Assembly: GCF_000150275.1 (NCBI RefSeq)
Contig: NW_002060967.1
Coordinates: 186,001-250,000 of the forward strand
Direction of reading: 5' to 3'
Source of the DNA: Trichoplax adhaerens
Taxonomy: Eukaryota > Animalia > Placozoa
Length of the DNA stretch: 64,000 nt
Shown: in pieces, positions 26,801 through 39,875 of the stretch
Layout of the letters: the number at the start of each line of letters is the position of its first letter
How positions within the stretch are numbered: position 1 is the first letter of the stretch
Translations under genes and position numbers: made by a program
Notes under the pieces: model-generated
Database searches by the model: none
Told to the model about the DNA's origin: nothing
The model's input: only the letters and a program-made list of their open reading frames with translations

Positions 26801-27000
26801 ACAATTGGACTCTACATAAACAAACAAGAAAGGGCAAAATAGCAAACAATTTAGACAATATACGTAAATCAAAAGCAACTCAATAATTATAACTAGCCAG
26901 CGAGAATAGTTTGCGGCCAATCTCTTATTGAATGTCCTTTAATATTTGAAACATTTGGACCTGTTCATCCATCCGAAGCATCTAATTTTAAGAAATAGGA
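23840..27000 (+). pseudogene. Decayed LRR-protein relic interrupted by the ~170-bp array
   Basis: LRR-like fragments with stops: VYLAFNVIRYL (~24395), LTNITSINL (~25682), VPVLIILFKGL..LNRNCFDQI (~26075-26160, internally similar to CLDYIQSHLL at ~25820), LAQLTPLKSFNHSFNSNLSCCD (~26495-26560). Confidence 0.35.
24525..25350. repeat. Degenerate tandem array, ~170-175 bp unit, ~5 copies
   Basis: gtctctag(t/c)aaataata anchor at about 24678, 24853, 25023, 25156, 25330; shared atactgtttacatgccagta and gtgaatcc blocks. Confidence 0.9.
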
Positions 27001-27325
27001 ACTTATTTGATGAATTTTAGCTGGTATTTAGTAAGCCAATGCTAGGTCACAAACGCTGAGAAGCTACTGCAATATTTATTTGTGCTAATTACTTTCCGTT
27101 TCATCTATATTGCTGAGATCTACTCCATTCATTTAAGCTACAATTTATACGCTATAATATAGAACTTTATAATATAGAAATTATTAATACAAGACAATAA
27201 ATACGTTGCTGCGAATGATAGCTTATTCTATTAAAACTATCGAATTAACTAATAACTTTACCTCATCTTACAGATAAGTATGGTTAAAATTTGCACAAGA
27301 ATGAACTTTTCATTATCTATTTTAG

Positions 27326-30300
27326 GTCAATTCCCCTTCACTTTGGTTTGCCAATTCTATTTTATCGACTTATAAGCGACAACTTCAAGCTGGACTAGTT
27401 CATCGGCTGCATGGTCAGTTACTTACAGTTATTTGTCCATGATCTTAATATAGACTAGACCTCTCAGTTATTAAACTATTTTTTTAAACTATTGAATGTA
27501 AATCTTTTTCATTAGACAGCAATGCTGCTACCAGAGTATGTCCAGTTTTATCGACCAGTAACGATAAAAGGGGAACATTACTTAATAGGAATCGTTTACG
27601 ATTTCGAGGAAGGCCTAAAATAACTAAAATAAAGGACAATATCGTTTTATACCTGCAATGGAAATCATTACCTATCCAGGGTAAGCGCTTAAATTGATAG
27701 TATTATCAATGTAATCAAAAATTTTCCGTTTACTATTTGACTATCAATGCTAACAAGACAGTCGTATCAAAATATTATTTATATTTATACACATATACAT
27801 ACATTGACTATCATCAAACTACCAGAAATAATCACTAGTAGAAGACGTAATTTGCGGAGCCCTGATTCTATATTGAACTATTCATACTAAAGAGAATATC
27901 ATCTTAGAATGCACACTTATTATACACGTAATCATATCAAAATCTTTCAGTGACCATATGCTTTTTTATACGTTGAAATATTTGTCCTCAAACTATCAAT
28001 ACAAATAGGCAACGTAAGTCATGTAGGCATAACCCAATTTTAGAAATATTCTCACTTATAACAATCCAAAATTAGTTTACAATCATTTTGGTAAAGCGAA
28101 ATGTAGAGCATTTATGATTTATTTTACATATGCAAAAATATTTATTACCAAAGCATCAATATATTTTAAATAGATAATGTAATTCATGCAAATATTATCC
28201 AGTTTGAGATTATTCTCACTTTATAGTGAGAAGTATTTCCTTCCATTATATCGATCTATCTTATGATATCTAGAAATAAGATTTAGTAGATAAATTCTAA
28301 TAGTAATTTTAGATAAACTTGTTCTACCTCTAAACAGACCTCTAATTTCATAGACTTGGTTACTTATATAAATTATTTCGTTGCTTGGGCGCCAGTCAGC
28401 CATGGTCATTTCATGTATTGGAAGGAATACTGTATCGAAGTATCTAAATATAAGACTTCTATCAATATTTCTCTTCAGCTGGATCAAAGACAACTATCTA
28501 CTTCGTGTCCATTATTATATGTTACCCTTATCGCCAATTCTATTAATCATCAAGGCTACATTATATATGATCTAGTTAAATTAGATAAAAGTATTCGCAA
28601 GTTAGCCCATTGCTCAAGATATCCTCGGTTCATACGAACTGCATCCAAGAGTAGTAAAGACGGTAGTATGGCACCTGAGAAAGCTCTAACCAATCCACCT
28701 ACCCCCTCTTACAAACCATCAGGTTATTTCTATAAGTAGAGTTGTTTGTCTGACCGATATTTATTATCTTATTACGGCACTAAAGGAAAATATTATAGCT
28801 TCCTAAAGTTATGCATTAATGTTAAGGTTTTGAAATAGAATACACATTAAATACAGTACTGTATCATCCTGTAAAAGCAATCAATCTTATACCAAGTACC
28901 ATTTTGCTAGTAGTACCTTATATCAGAATAAACTGCAACACATCAGTTTGAGTGATTATAAAGCCTTTTTACAGCATCTGACATTATGCAATTACAGAAA
29001 TATCTGCCTTTCAAATCTAATACGAAATGTAAGAAAAAAATATGATATTTGAACAGTGGATAGTGTTAATATTTTTGAGTAAAAATTAGTTTCGTAGTAC
29101 TGCAATACAATCTATTTTTATCACATATCTATATCAGATTATACTTAATAGTAATCATCATCTAATTATCATTAGCTTATTAAAAATCCATTTCTTAAGG
29201 TAAAAAGCAAAACGGTAGATTTGTTTAATTTCATATTAACATCTTCAAATCATGACTCTTTCACAGGAAACATGCCATTCTTAGCTACTGCTATGTTGGC
29301 GGTATTTCTATCATTATTTAGCATATGTATAACTGTATGTATGGCTGCATTTTGCTGGTGTGAAAAATATCGTCAGCAAACAAAGAGGACTCATAGTAAG
29401 ACTGGATTCAAATTTAAAATTGAGCTTGACGTTTTATTTTTCTATAAAATCTTAATATAAATAATATGGAAATGTTATAAGTATAATATTTATATATAAT
29501 ATTTATTACTAAAATGGTACCATATAATTGAATCCTAACTGTATATATGTAATATATATATATATATATTATTGAATGATTGCATGGATTTCAGCTTTCT
29601 TTCCGCTGATCAATTAATATATTGCATATGCAAGTTTTAACTATTACTATTGAATTACATGATAATTAGTAATTTAGCATATATATAAAACAGCTAAAGG
29701 GTGAGATTCCGAGTAGCTATTTCGTATGTTTAAACGTCAATTGTTCCAGCTGCAATAGTGAAGTATAGTACAAAATTAAAATGATCTATTTATAGCATTT
29801 TATAATCCTTCTTATGCAGTAACATTGCCTCCTATTCAAAGTCAAGTTACTGCTACATTGCCATCTATAAGTCAACAAGGTAAGAGGACAGCTTTTTATT
29901 TATCTCAATACCTACTAAATTTATGAATTTGATGGAAATGATCTGATAATGTTATAATTTATCGTTGCATCAAGAAGATTAATAAGATGTCATAATCAGA
30001 AAATGCAATAAATGTGGTATTACATTTGATGACTTTGTAGTCTGAATTGATGCTAGAAATATCCAAACTCTCACTTAATTACTTATTTTCAAACATATGT
30101 ATAAATACATAGCTTGATATGTCTCTTTGATAGAAAATCCAGTCTTATTGTAGCTAATGTTATTAGGTTGCAATATTAACTTGCCATATATTCGTTGCTT
30201 GCATTAAGGCACTCCAATCTATCATATTCTTTATTCAGACCTCAATTTATCAAACGATAGCTACGAGCACAATAATTACTATAATAAATGAATCTGCTAT

Positions 30301-30641
30301 CACCAATTCCTCTATTATATTGATAAATCACTTACCTATTGCAATATTATCATCAACTAATGCTACAGGTCTAGAAAAATATACCACTATCTCCAATTTA
30401 CAGAAGACAAATGCCAACCCCACAGGAACTGCTATACCTTTACAAGAAAATCCTCATTATATCAGTAAGGATGCTACTTATTTCTCCTTATGTAATGTCT
30501 CATCCCTTATAACTACTGTATATACTGTGATCTAAGCTAATATAACCTACTGATTATGATTTTGTAAATGCAAATGATATGTTTGCAGAATATGACATCA
30601 CCTCAATTAATCTGGAACTACCAACCCAAAATAAACTGTAG
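27326..30641 (+). CDS. Type I membrane protein paralogous to the SEFIR receptors' FN3-like ectodomain, short cytoplasmic tail with NPxY, no SEFIR; 5' end unresolved
   Basis: Approximate exons 27326-27413, 27516-27680 (...IVLYLQWKSLPIQ), 28354-28722 (DLVTYINYFVAW...EYC...TSCPLLYVTL), 29267-29395 (TM FLATAMLAVFLSLFSICITVCMAAFCWC), 29820-29879, 30369-30464 (EKYTTI...ENPHYI), 30589-30641 (KYDITSINLELPTQNKL*); phase-1 junctions. Confidence 0.75.
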
Positions 30642-31599
30642 CACGAACTTAACTCAGGTTATTCTATGTCTGTACAGATTTTTATATCGATGTAGGCTAC
30701 ATAGATAATTTCAGCTTAATTTAGAACAATTGCAGTTGTGATTGTAAAATTATAAGTTCGTAGAATATACGTCAACTATTGCAATTTTGACAATAGCTGG
30801 TGTTGTTATTTCACATTATTTCAGCTCATTCCAAGCCATCAACGTGGAGCAAAGTGGAAGTAGATCATGATCCATGTGACTGGACATTAGATTGATGATC
30901 TGATTACGAATGTACTACACTAAAATTATATATTGTCTTGTAACTGTATCTTGGGTATGCAATCAAAAATCACTTTAGCTCCTCCAAGATATTAGCAAGG
31001 GATAAGTTACAGTAATAATGCTATTCTGATAATTCCAAGTTGCTAATGATTCTAGTAACTCTTTTTCCAATGCAGATTCTCCTAAAATATATAGACAGTA
31101 AGATTAATGCTGTAACTAGATAGAACACAGCAGTATAGATGCGAAATAAAAATTTGTTGGATTACCTAAAGATAAGTAGAATGGATGGATGCTAGTTAAA
31201 GATAACACTTTGAGCTCATATTTGCCCTTCTCTGAGATAGTAGACAAATGAAATATGATGCATGATGCTCCTTCGCTAGCTAACCTACAAACTATCTTCT
31301 TCTTAATTGCTGTAACAATAGTATTTATGATGAAATATAGTACATAGTATTGCAAAGCGTTGCAAATTTTAAATAAGGAACAATACTATGAGCGAAATAC
31401 GCAGCCTCTGCTCATTTTTATTTTTATTATTGCAAGAGAATCTCGTAAAATGAAGCCCCTTGCAAATACAGCAAATTTGTAGATAAAAATATGGCCCTGT
31501 TTACTAACTAATTAAACTGTTGAATAATTAGAAATTTTCCATAAACTGTTTATTATTATAATTTGGTGTTGGTTACATAATATGTAAAAAATTAGCAAG

Positions 31600-34500
31600 C
31601 TTAAAAAAAGCTTGATTATATAATAAAATTAACTTTGTAATAAAACCAGTGTATTATAACATGATATTATGTAACGGTGTGTTGGAATGTTTTCAGCCCA
31701 TATAATGGACTAATAAACTAGGAAACTGCATAATTGTCTGGTATCCGCAGCTAGCTCAAAATGGCCTGGACTATTATTTGATTTGTGTAATAATGTTCGA
31801 CTAGCTTATTCAGTTTGCTTTTTCTACATGATGTTATATCGATTTAGGTATTAATACCAAATATTAGATACTGCTTACAACATTGCAATATTAGGACTGT
31901 AAGTCAAAACTGTTTTAAAATAGCTTTTGATATTTACTACGGTTTGCAAAACTGCTACCCATGTTGATCTGTATAGATACTAGGCATGAAGACAGTTTCT
32001 TAATGAATAATGCCATTCATTCCAATCATACTGACGCAGCTTCAATCTGGTGAGAAAATATTTAGATATAGCTGTCAGGTGGATAATGGATGGTTATTGA
32101 TATTTGCATTGATCATTATGATGTATAAGCAGGAATTAAAATTATCTAGATCGAAAGAGCTTCCTCCCGGATAAGCTTTTATTGACAATAGCAATTTTAA
32201 AGTAATATTATATTTATAAGTGCTTATTTCGGTTCATTATTATGATAAACATTCAAGACAAAAATTAAATTATCTAGATCAAGAGAGTTTTCCCTCTACT
32301 TATACTGGTGATAGCAGTCTTTTAGTAATACGGTATTGATTAGTACTTATTTAAGGCTAATTATTGAGAAAAAAATTCGAGGCAACAATTAAAATTTCTA
32401 GATCAAAAAATATTTAATTCCATTTTATTAATGATAGCAATCCTGAAGTCTCACTATGCGTACGCATATTCATGCACTTATACCCATCAGGAGCTGATTA
32501 CTATGATAAAAATTAGAGACAATTACTGGAATTTTCTGGATGGAAGATATTAATCTTCGCTTTATTGACGATAAAAACCTTGAAATGACAATGTATTTAC
32601 TTACGTATACTCATCTCAGGTTGATTATTATGGTAGACATTAGAAGTAATAATTAATTAATATTATCTAGATCGGAAGATGTTTAATTCCGCTTTATTGA
32701 AGATAATAGTCTTGAGATAACAGATTCCTCGGAGATGTAGACTCATAAAAGGCTGATTATTTTGATAGGTATCAAAGTAATAATTGAAATTATCTAGATC
32801 GAAGATATTTACTCCGCTTTATTGATGACATCAATCTTGACATACGCTATACTTAGATATGTACAGTATAATCATCAAGGACTGATTGTTTATGATAAAC
32901 ATCAGAGGCCATGGTTGAAATTACCTAGATCGAAAGGCGTTTGATTCTGCCTTGTTGACGATAACAATCTTGAAATGCCTTATCAATATTTACTCATCAA
33001 GAGCTAATTCTTGTGATAAACATTAGAGGCAATAACTAAAATCATCTATATCGAAGGTATTTGTTTAATTCCACTTGGTTGATGATAGCAATCTTAAAGT
33101 AATAGTACATTCTATTTGTATGTGGTTATCAACAGGAAAGAATTTTCCCTCGTGAAAATACTTTACTTGAAATTAGTACTAAACAATGAAGTTGACGGAA
33201 GTAATGGAAAATTGTAAATAATTCATTTAATGAGGAATTTAACCTAAAATGTAAATAATTACTTCAGCAATGTAGAAATAAAACAATTTTCCGGTGACGA
33301 CCGAAACAAAGCTGTTTTTTATAAGCTATATTAGTTATATTGAAGTAGTCGGTAACTGTAGAAATTTCATTAATTTGTGCTCAAAACGTTTAATGAAACT
33401 GATAACAATCAAGAATAGCATCCAAGGTTTAGGCCACTTCTTGTATATACAAGTCAAAGCGATTTTTAAATTGTACAGTTTTGTTGTCAGTATGACCTTA
33501 GCGAAGCCCGTGCAACATTTGCACTATACTCAGTATACCGTATAGAGTACGCTTATAATATGGCTAATGAGAAATAGATCTAAGCGTGAAATATTTCAAA
33601 ATAGTAAATTAGGTAAACGATCGTGATATTTATACAAGTTAGCTTCATCATAACATTTTTTTCTGTCTACCGGATCGATTAACTAATGTTTTAAACACGA
33701 TCATCCTATAACTCAAAGTCAAAAAATTGATTTATTAGATTATATCTTAGTCGTAGAGCCAAGCACTGTAATATCTCTACAATTGTGAAATTGGAGAGCT
33801 TTAGCTTTATTTGGTATTAGCTATGCTCTGTAGTATATTATTATAACTAACCATAGTTGGAATAGTTACCATTTTTCTAGAAAAGCAACAATATTAGTGA
33901 TAGCTCTACAGAAGAATATCAAGCACTTGCTATAGCCATAGAATACTAAGCGAGAGCATTTGTCTGACAGAATTTTTATTATTTTTAATTCTAAATTGGT
34001 TTAAAGGTTTTAGATAGTATAACTTATTGACTTCAGCAAAGCTGTACAGAATAAATCAAGTTATATAGAGTACTAAATAAAAATACTGGTCTAATAAAGC
34101 TTATTTAGTTTTTCAAGATTTTAAACTGACTATAACGTATTGTTTTTGACAATTTAAGATAGATATAACTTGTCGACTGAAAAAATCTAGATTGATATGA
34201 ACAAATTTGATAATTTCCATCGTCAACACCAATCGCAAGAAAGTTTTTCATGTATAAATTGTCAATTGAATGAAATAGCCAGTTTACCTTCAAGAGTCAA
34301 TGCTCTTGACAGTTACTATTTTTAATTATACCTGGAGATATCAAGCATTAAACTTATTTGTTTTTAATGGTTTTGATGACATCACAATATTAATCCTCTA
34401 ATATATCCGGTAGTCAGTGCTTAATGGTGAAGTTAAAATGCATTATGATTCATAATATTAATTCGATTACGTCGACATAATTGTATTTTGCGGACAATAG

Positions 34501-37500
34501 TCACCGGGATTCCTGGATAGGATAAATACTTTCTACGCTATTTTAGTCAATATAAATTATGGAATTTAATACTAATAATATGCAAAGTATTAGAGTGCTT
34601 TGTATAGAAAATGGGAATTGTAGCAATAAATAACAAGGTTATAATCAGTCTATTGTGTGATACTAATTATGGCGTAAAATTAAATTGTCCATTATATTAA
34701 TAAAGTTAGAGAATTATATAAGTAGAATCAATTAACATTACAATTATACTCTGTACGTTATAAAAAATTTAAACTTATCGTTGAAAAATGTACGCTACCA
34801 TATGTTTATTCTTTTATGATCCTTGTCAACAGCATTTCTTTTACCATACTCCATCAGCATGCATTGGTATTTTTAAATTGAGTATTCAATAGATTCCGAC
34901 ATAAATGAGTTAATTCTATTGTCTCTTCATTTTGCTAGGACTGCGTTACTGTAATTTCATTTGATCTGCTACAACGAAACAAAATAGTTTTAAATTATTC
35001 CATCACAACAAGGACAATTTATGGCGCCATTTTCGATCACTCTATGATGAATTCTAGGTTACCGATTCGCCGTATGACTAGTAACCGATGAAAATTATTT
35101 ATTTATAGAAATACCGAACATACCACAGCTTGATAATTTCATGATTGCTATTACTGTAGCAATTAAATATAGATGATTTATTCCTTTGGCACTGCATAAT
35201 ATTAAGCAGATGATATTAAGAAAATAAAGTAACTTACTCGATAGTTTCATGGTTGTTGCTACTACTGTAATTAAGAAATATCTTAAGTGTTGCTTGGGAC
35301 TACATCTTGCTTTTATGAATTATGGAAAGAAATGATGAGTAAACAATCATGTGAAGATGGTATCTTGCTACTGAGTGTCCTCTATATTTTAATATTATGA
35401 TTCATATCCTGAAGATAAATCTATCACTAAAATCAATTATCCATTATTTCGTTCGTTTCGGTGATGGCATGAGATCAATTTTGATATTAAATTTTTGTAT
35501 TGATAATGTATATTACATCAATATCACATTTCATAATATCCTATTTCACAATATTAACCAATGAACTGTTTTAGGGTTGGGTCATTATCGGATCTTATTA
35601 GCTATAAGAGGGTTGTCATTAATTAAATATCATTTCTATATCACTGTTCATAATTGTTGTAAGATTATTTACAGTATATCAAAATATCATCATAACACTA
35701 CCGTACCGAATGATATCGTACAGACAATTTCGATGATTTTTTTTGATATTTATCTGGCATTGAGTATACCCATATAGCCATTTTGCAACTGTGTTTGGGA
35801 TACAATGTATGTATGTATACATTTATCTTTCGTCCAGGCGGATCATACTACCTAATAATGTTGCTGTTAAATTAAATATGCGTGTATAACGTAGAAAATT
35901 ACGATTATTAATAATTAATATTACAATTTTATCAATTATACTAGTTGTACGGTATTCATAAACTGTCCATGCTGATGATATTATTATGTAAATTTATTAC
36001 TTTAGCAAAAAGATGATGCAATAATGTAACCGATGGCAGACTATAGTACGTGCAAGTATGGGACAAATAGTCTATTTGATGAGAAAATAGAAGATTATAG
36101 GAGTTTTTGCTATGCCAGTGCACATTTGGCAGTCCACAGCAGCTGGATTATTATAGTAGTTAACGTTGTTATGTCAAGCGACTTGATGCTATTAATAAAT
36201 AATAGCCAATTCGACATATTGCGATGCCTATCAAAAACTTGATCCCTTGACTTTACAAATGTTTCTTGAATTTCTTGTTCAATCGTAGTTAAATATGGCC
36301 ATACTATGATAACAAGGCTAACCTATGCCGCTATAGTAGCCGTTGCTAAATCATAGTCCATCAGTATTGATTATAATATTATTCTTTATCCCTGAAATGG
36401 GTACTACTGATAGATGAGTACGAGTATATTATACTAAAATTATAGCATAAACTACTAAGTAGCAATATAGTTTCATCGTTTATATTGTATTAATTGCAAA
36501 TTAATTTAGATTAGATAGCAAAAATGATGATACTTTAATGGCTCTGTAAACAAATATAAAGTTGCTGTCCATATTAATCCATACGCATGCTCTACAATTA
36601 TATTTTCGCATTTATCGTCTTACTCGTAGAACATATCATATTGCACTGATCTGCAAGTACGCGTATTGTAGAAGACGAATTCAATATTTGAGATCTAGGA
36701 AAGTTAAGTTCTATGTCTATGAAAGATACTATCCTACTGTACAGTATAGATATGATGGGCAGCGTATATTCTTCCTAGAATGGCCTCGAATTTTCTCAAG
36801 ATATTAGTTTGTCTTGTTGATAGATCTCGTACTGTTGCATGTGCAATTGTGCATGAAGGAGGATATTAGGATAGTAAGATCGATTTATAAACAAATAAAT
36901 TAAGGAAGACTAACATCCTGTGTAAAATTAAATAATCAATTACAGTAATTTAACGACCCATAGAATCCATAAAATAATTTTTAGCCCAAGATAAATTACC
37001 TCATAGTGAGGCAAGCTTTTGAATGGATCGATCTCCATCTATTCTTAGTTGTATAAGTAACTATACTAGTTCAAATTGGATTGGGTCTCCAGTTGAAAAA
37101 GTATATTGACTTAAGGCAAATATGATGCAATCAACCGACTATCGATAATGCATTTTCCTGGCTCTTTTTCAATGTCAATATTGACTAAAACATTAATTAT
37201 TCTTGCTATTTGAATTTTTAGGTATAAAATAGTACTCTACACGTATTATATGAAATTGCTGATATCATCTTGATGATGGATTTCTTCTGGAGGCTAAGTT
37301 TTTACATCCGCTATCATTGAATAGCACTACAATAGACGGTAGTTTTATTTGCATCTACCTATTCTGAATTGTGCCCCTTTTCATCGACTGTATCCTCCAT
37401 CGACAATATGGTCTAGATCAAATCTAAATAGAATTCAAAATGGATGGTTAAGATAGCCGATCACTGGTGTAGTTGTTCTACTCTGATCTACGTACTAAAA

Positions 37501-38300
37501 TAGCGCTTGTAATCAAGCGCATTTATGAAATGACTGATTTTGTCATTTTGCGTAATTTAATTAATTATATGGCAGTAAATATATTTCTAGTCGATGCACC
37601 TGTACAGTATATTAAGAAGAATTTGCGCTTGGAAGCCACTGACCGTGTACACAACAGTCTCTTTAGTGTATACCTGATGTATTGGATTGACATTAACAGT
37701 AATATTGAATAAAATCTGACCTACAATATTAGAAAGACTCATCATGTCGTTATATTGTGGAAGAGGAATTGTTAATGCAGTAATACGATACATTAGCAAA
37801 GATCTCTCAGTTAACTTATAAAATAATGCTTACAACGATGTGATTGTATTGGAACTGACTGCATTGTCAGCCATAATGTGATTACTGGTGTTGTGGATAT
37901 TAGTAAGAGAGAACGAGGCAGATAAAAGAAGGAATTGATAGTATTGGCACTAATCTTTCAATTCCCTTATATAATATTGGCAATATTGCATTCCAATTGG
38001 CTGCGCTATCAGCCGTAACATTCATGTAATTAAAAACATGGAGAAAAAAACAGATGAAGAGAGTTATTTGTTGTCAATTATGACGAGCTCTGCGTGCTAG
38101 GAAAGCTGTCTAGCCATGTTTTTTATTTTCTTCTTTTGACTATGCTTTGTTCTTTAGTCATTATTGTACCAATGCTGGTTAATCATCGCTCAAAAATGTG
38201 GACTCTATTCTATCATTTCTTCTTCCTTTGATTTTAAGTTGATTGATATAAACTTACTTTTATTGTTTTACAATACAATACTGCTTGTTATTGCATTGAT
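31600..38300 (+). pseudogene. Decayed LRR-GPCR (LGR)-like relic spanning the ~128-bp array
   Basis: LRR fragments GLIN*ETA*LSG (~31710), FLMNNAIHS (~32000), NEIASLPS (~34270), FVFNGFDDITILIL (~34360); 7TM-like fragments MADYSTCKYG...SFCYASAHLAVHSS (36033-36242, TM2-TM3-like) and LPILNCAPFHRLY..T (~37355, TM7-like); many stops and frameshifts. Confidence 0.45.
32140..33100. repeat. Degenerate tandem array, ~128 bp unit, ~8 copies
   Basis: attatctagatcgaa anchor at about 32145, 32273, 32397, 32535, 32666, 32794, 32925, 33045; shared ctttattga..atagcaatcttga and tatgataaacatt blocks. Confidence 0.9.
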
Positions 38301-38584
38301 TGAGAAATAGCAATAAAATAGTATTTCCTACCTATTTGTATGTTTGTATTATACGTCTGATTGAAGAAGTAGAAAGAGAGCTACTTGCTATTCTATACGT
38401 CTAATTATAGAGGTAAAAAAAAGAGATACTTATTCAGTTATACACCAACTGAGTTCTACATGATACGCCCGATTAATTTAATAAGCTAAAAAGGAAAGAT
38501 CGAATTCTCTGCCTTATTTTCATCCACTAAATCAATTGATTACAACGACCAAGTCAATGACGTATTGGTTGAAGGGATTATTAA

Positions 38585-39875
38585 TTATGATTGTTGTTGA
38601 TTGATGATAGTGTCATCTCTGATCGCAAATTCAGCTCCAGTATACATCATCATCCACTCGTTGTATTCCGTACTACCCAATTCAAGGTGTATTTTTAATG
38701 GTGCAGTGGCCTACCTATTTTCTTTACAGTTACTGTAGTATAAATGGGTGCTGCTAACGTCAATCAATAGGAAGCCTAATTGTTCTTGTGGTATCCTCAT
38801 AGTTCTACATTGTAATACCTCGTCGTTTCTCTCAATTTCTTCAAGCATCATCATTACCTCGATTTGAAATAACTCATTGTGATCTACTCTACAGTACGTC
38901 TTCGCCTCTCTTTCGTCACTTGCATCCTTGACAGGATAGAATTGAAAAAGTAGTGGTCTCTTCTCTTTCAATCCTTTCTACAGGATCAAGAAGGGGGAAA
39001 GATGGCTCCTTTCCTCATCTCAACGTTGTATTATTTATTTATTTATTTCCATAAATGATTGTTGAATTTCTCCATGTCATTGAGTCTAACATCTCACCAG
39101 GAGGACATCGATTGTATCCTGCTGATCAAATTGATTGTTTAATTTTGTACTGTCGAGACTTTATGGTAGATATTGATTGATCCTATTCTAGGAGATGCCG
39201 CATCACTTAGTTACATTGACGTCATAAAAGCGATTAGCCATGGCTTGCAATAGTTTCCTGTATGTGTAGCATGAATGTCATTACTAGAAATTGAATGGGG
39301 ATAGTAAGATAATTGAAACAAAAAAAGCTAAACAGGGCTAAGTACCTATTGGTAGTCATGAAGAGCTAGTGAAGATTCTCCCTTCATTTCATCTTGGTCA
39401 AAAAGCCTAAACATTGGGCTAGTATTGTCCATCAGCAGAGCGGGTGCGGGTGCCTATCCCCATATTGTACATCCACTATGGGCTGCACAATATCGACCAT
39501 ACTAGTGGCTGCATACAAGATTGAATTGATCGAGTTGAGGTAGTGCAATCCACGATCTCCAGTACTGTAGAAAATGGAGTAATCCATGATCTAGTAGAAT
39601 ATTTATTTATTTATTTGCATAATTGAGCGTTAAAAGTAATAATACAACGTTACTACGCGATCGCCATGGGGTCAGGAATGTCCTTTGCATACAGTTGGAA
39701 TCGTCTCTACTGTGCAACGATTCGTCGTGGATATGATAGTATTATTCCATAGCGCATGCAAACTACGCGCCATTTATGGCACTCATTTGTAGTTTCCATC
39801 TCGATCAAAAGCATGCTAAATGTACCATTTCAACTTGTTGGCCAGGAAACAGATGCAGTTTGCCACCTGTGCCAT
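38585..39875 (-). CDS. Uncharacterised multi-exon protein (~165 aa)
   Basis: ATG at 39875 in strong context (gcagccATGG). Best splice: MAQVANCICFLANKLKC|RDDSNCMQRTFLTPWRS..|YWRSWIALPQLDQFNL|LFMTTNR|KLLQAMANRFYDVN|QDTIDVLL|KGLKEKRPLLFQFYPVKD...NELFQIE|ATAPLKIHLELGSTEYNEWMMMYTGAEFAIRDDTIINQQQS*. The 3' exons are well supported; 5' phasing is ambiguous. Confidence 0.6.

Noticed and set aside
22830-33100. CRISPR-like arrays
   Set aside because: Eukaryotic context, whole units are homologous with no unique spacers, and no cas genes
39340-39875. Ornithine decarboxylase antizyme-like +1 frameshift (TCC TGA on the minus strand near 39672)
   Set aside because: TCC-TGA is not in the frame of the start-codon ORF and the downstream protein lacks the antizyme LLEFAEE / FLGF motifs
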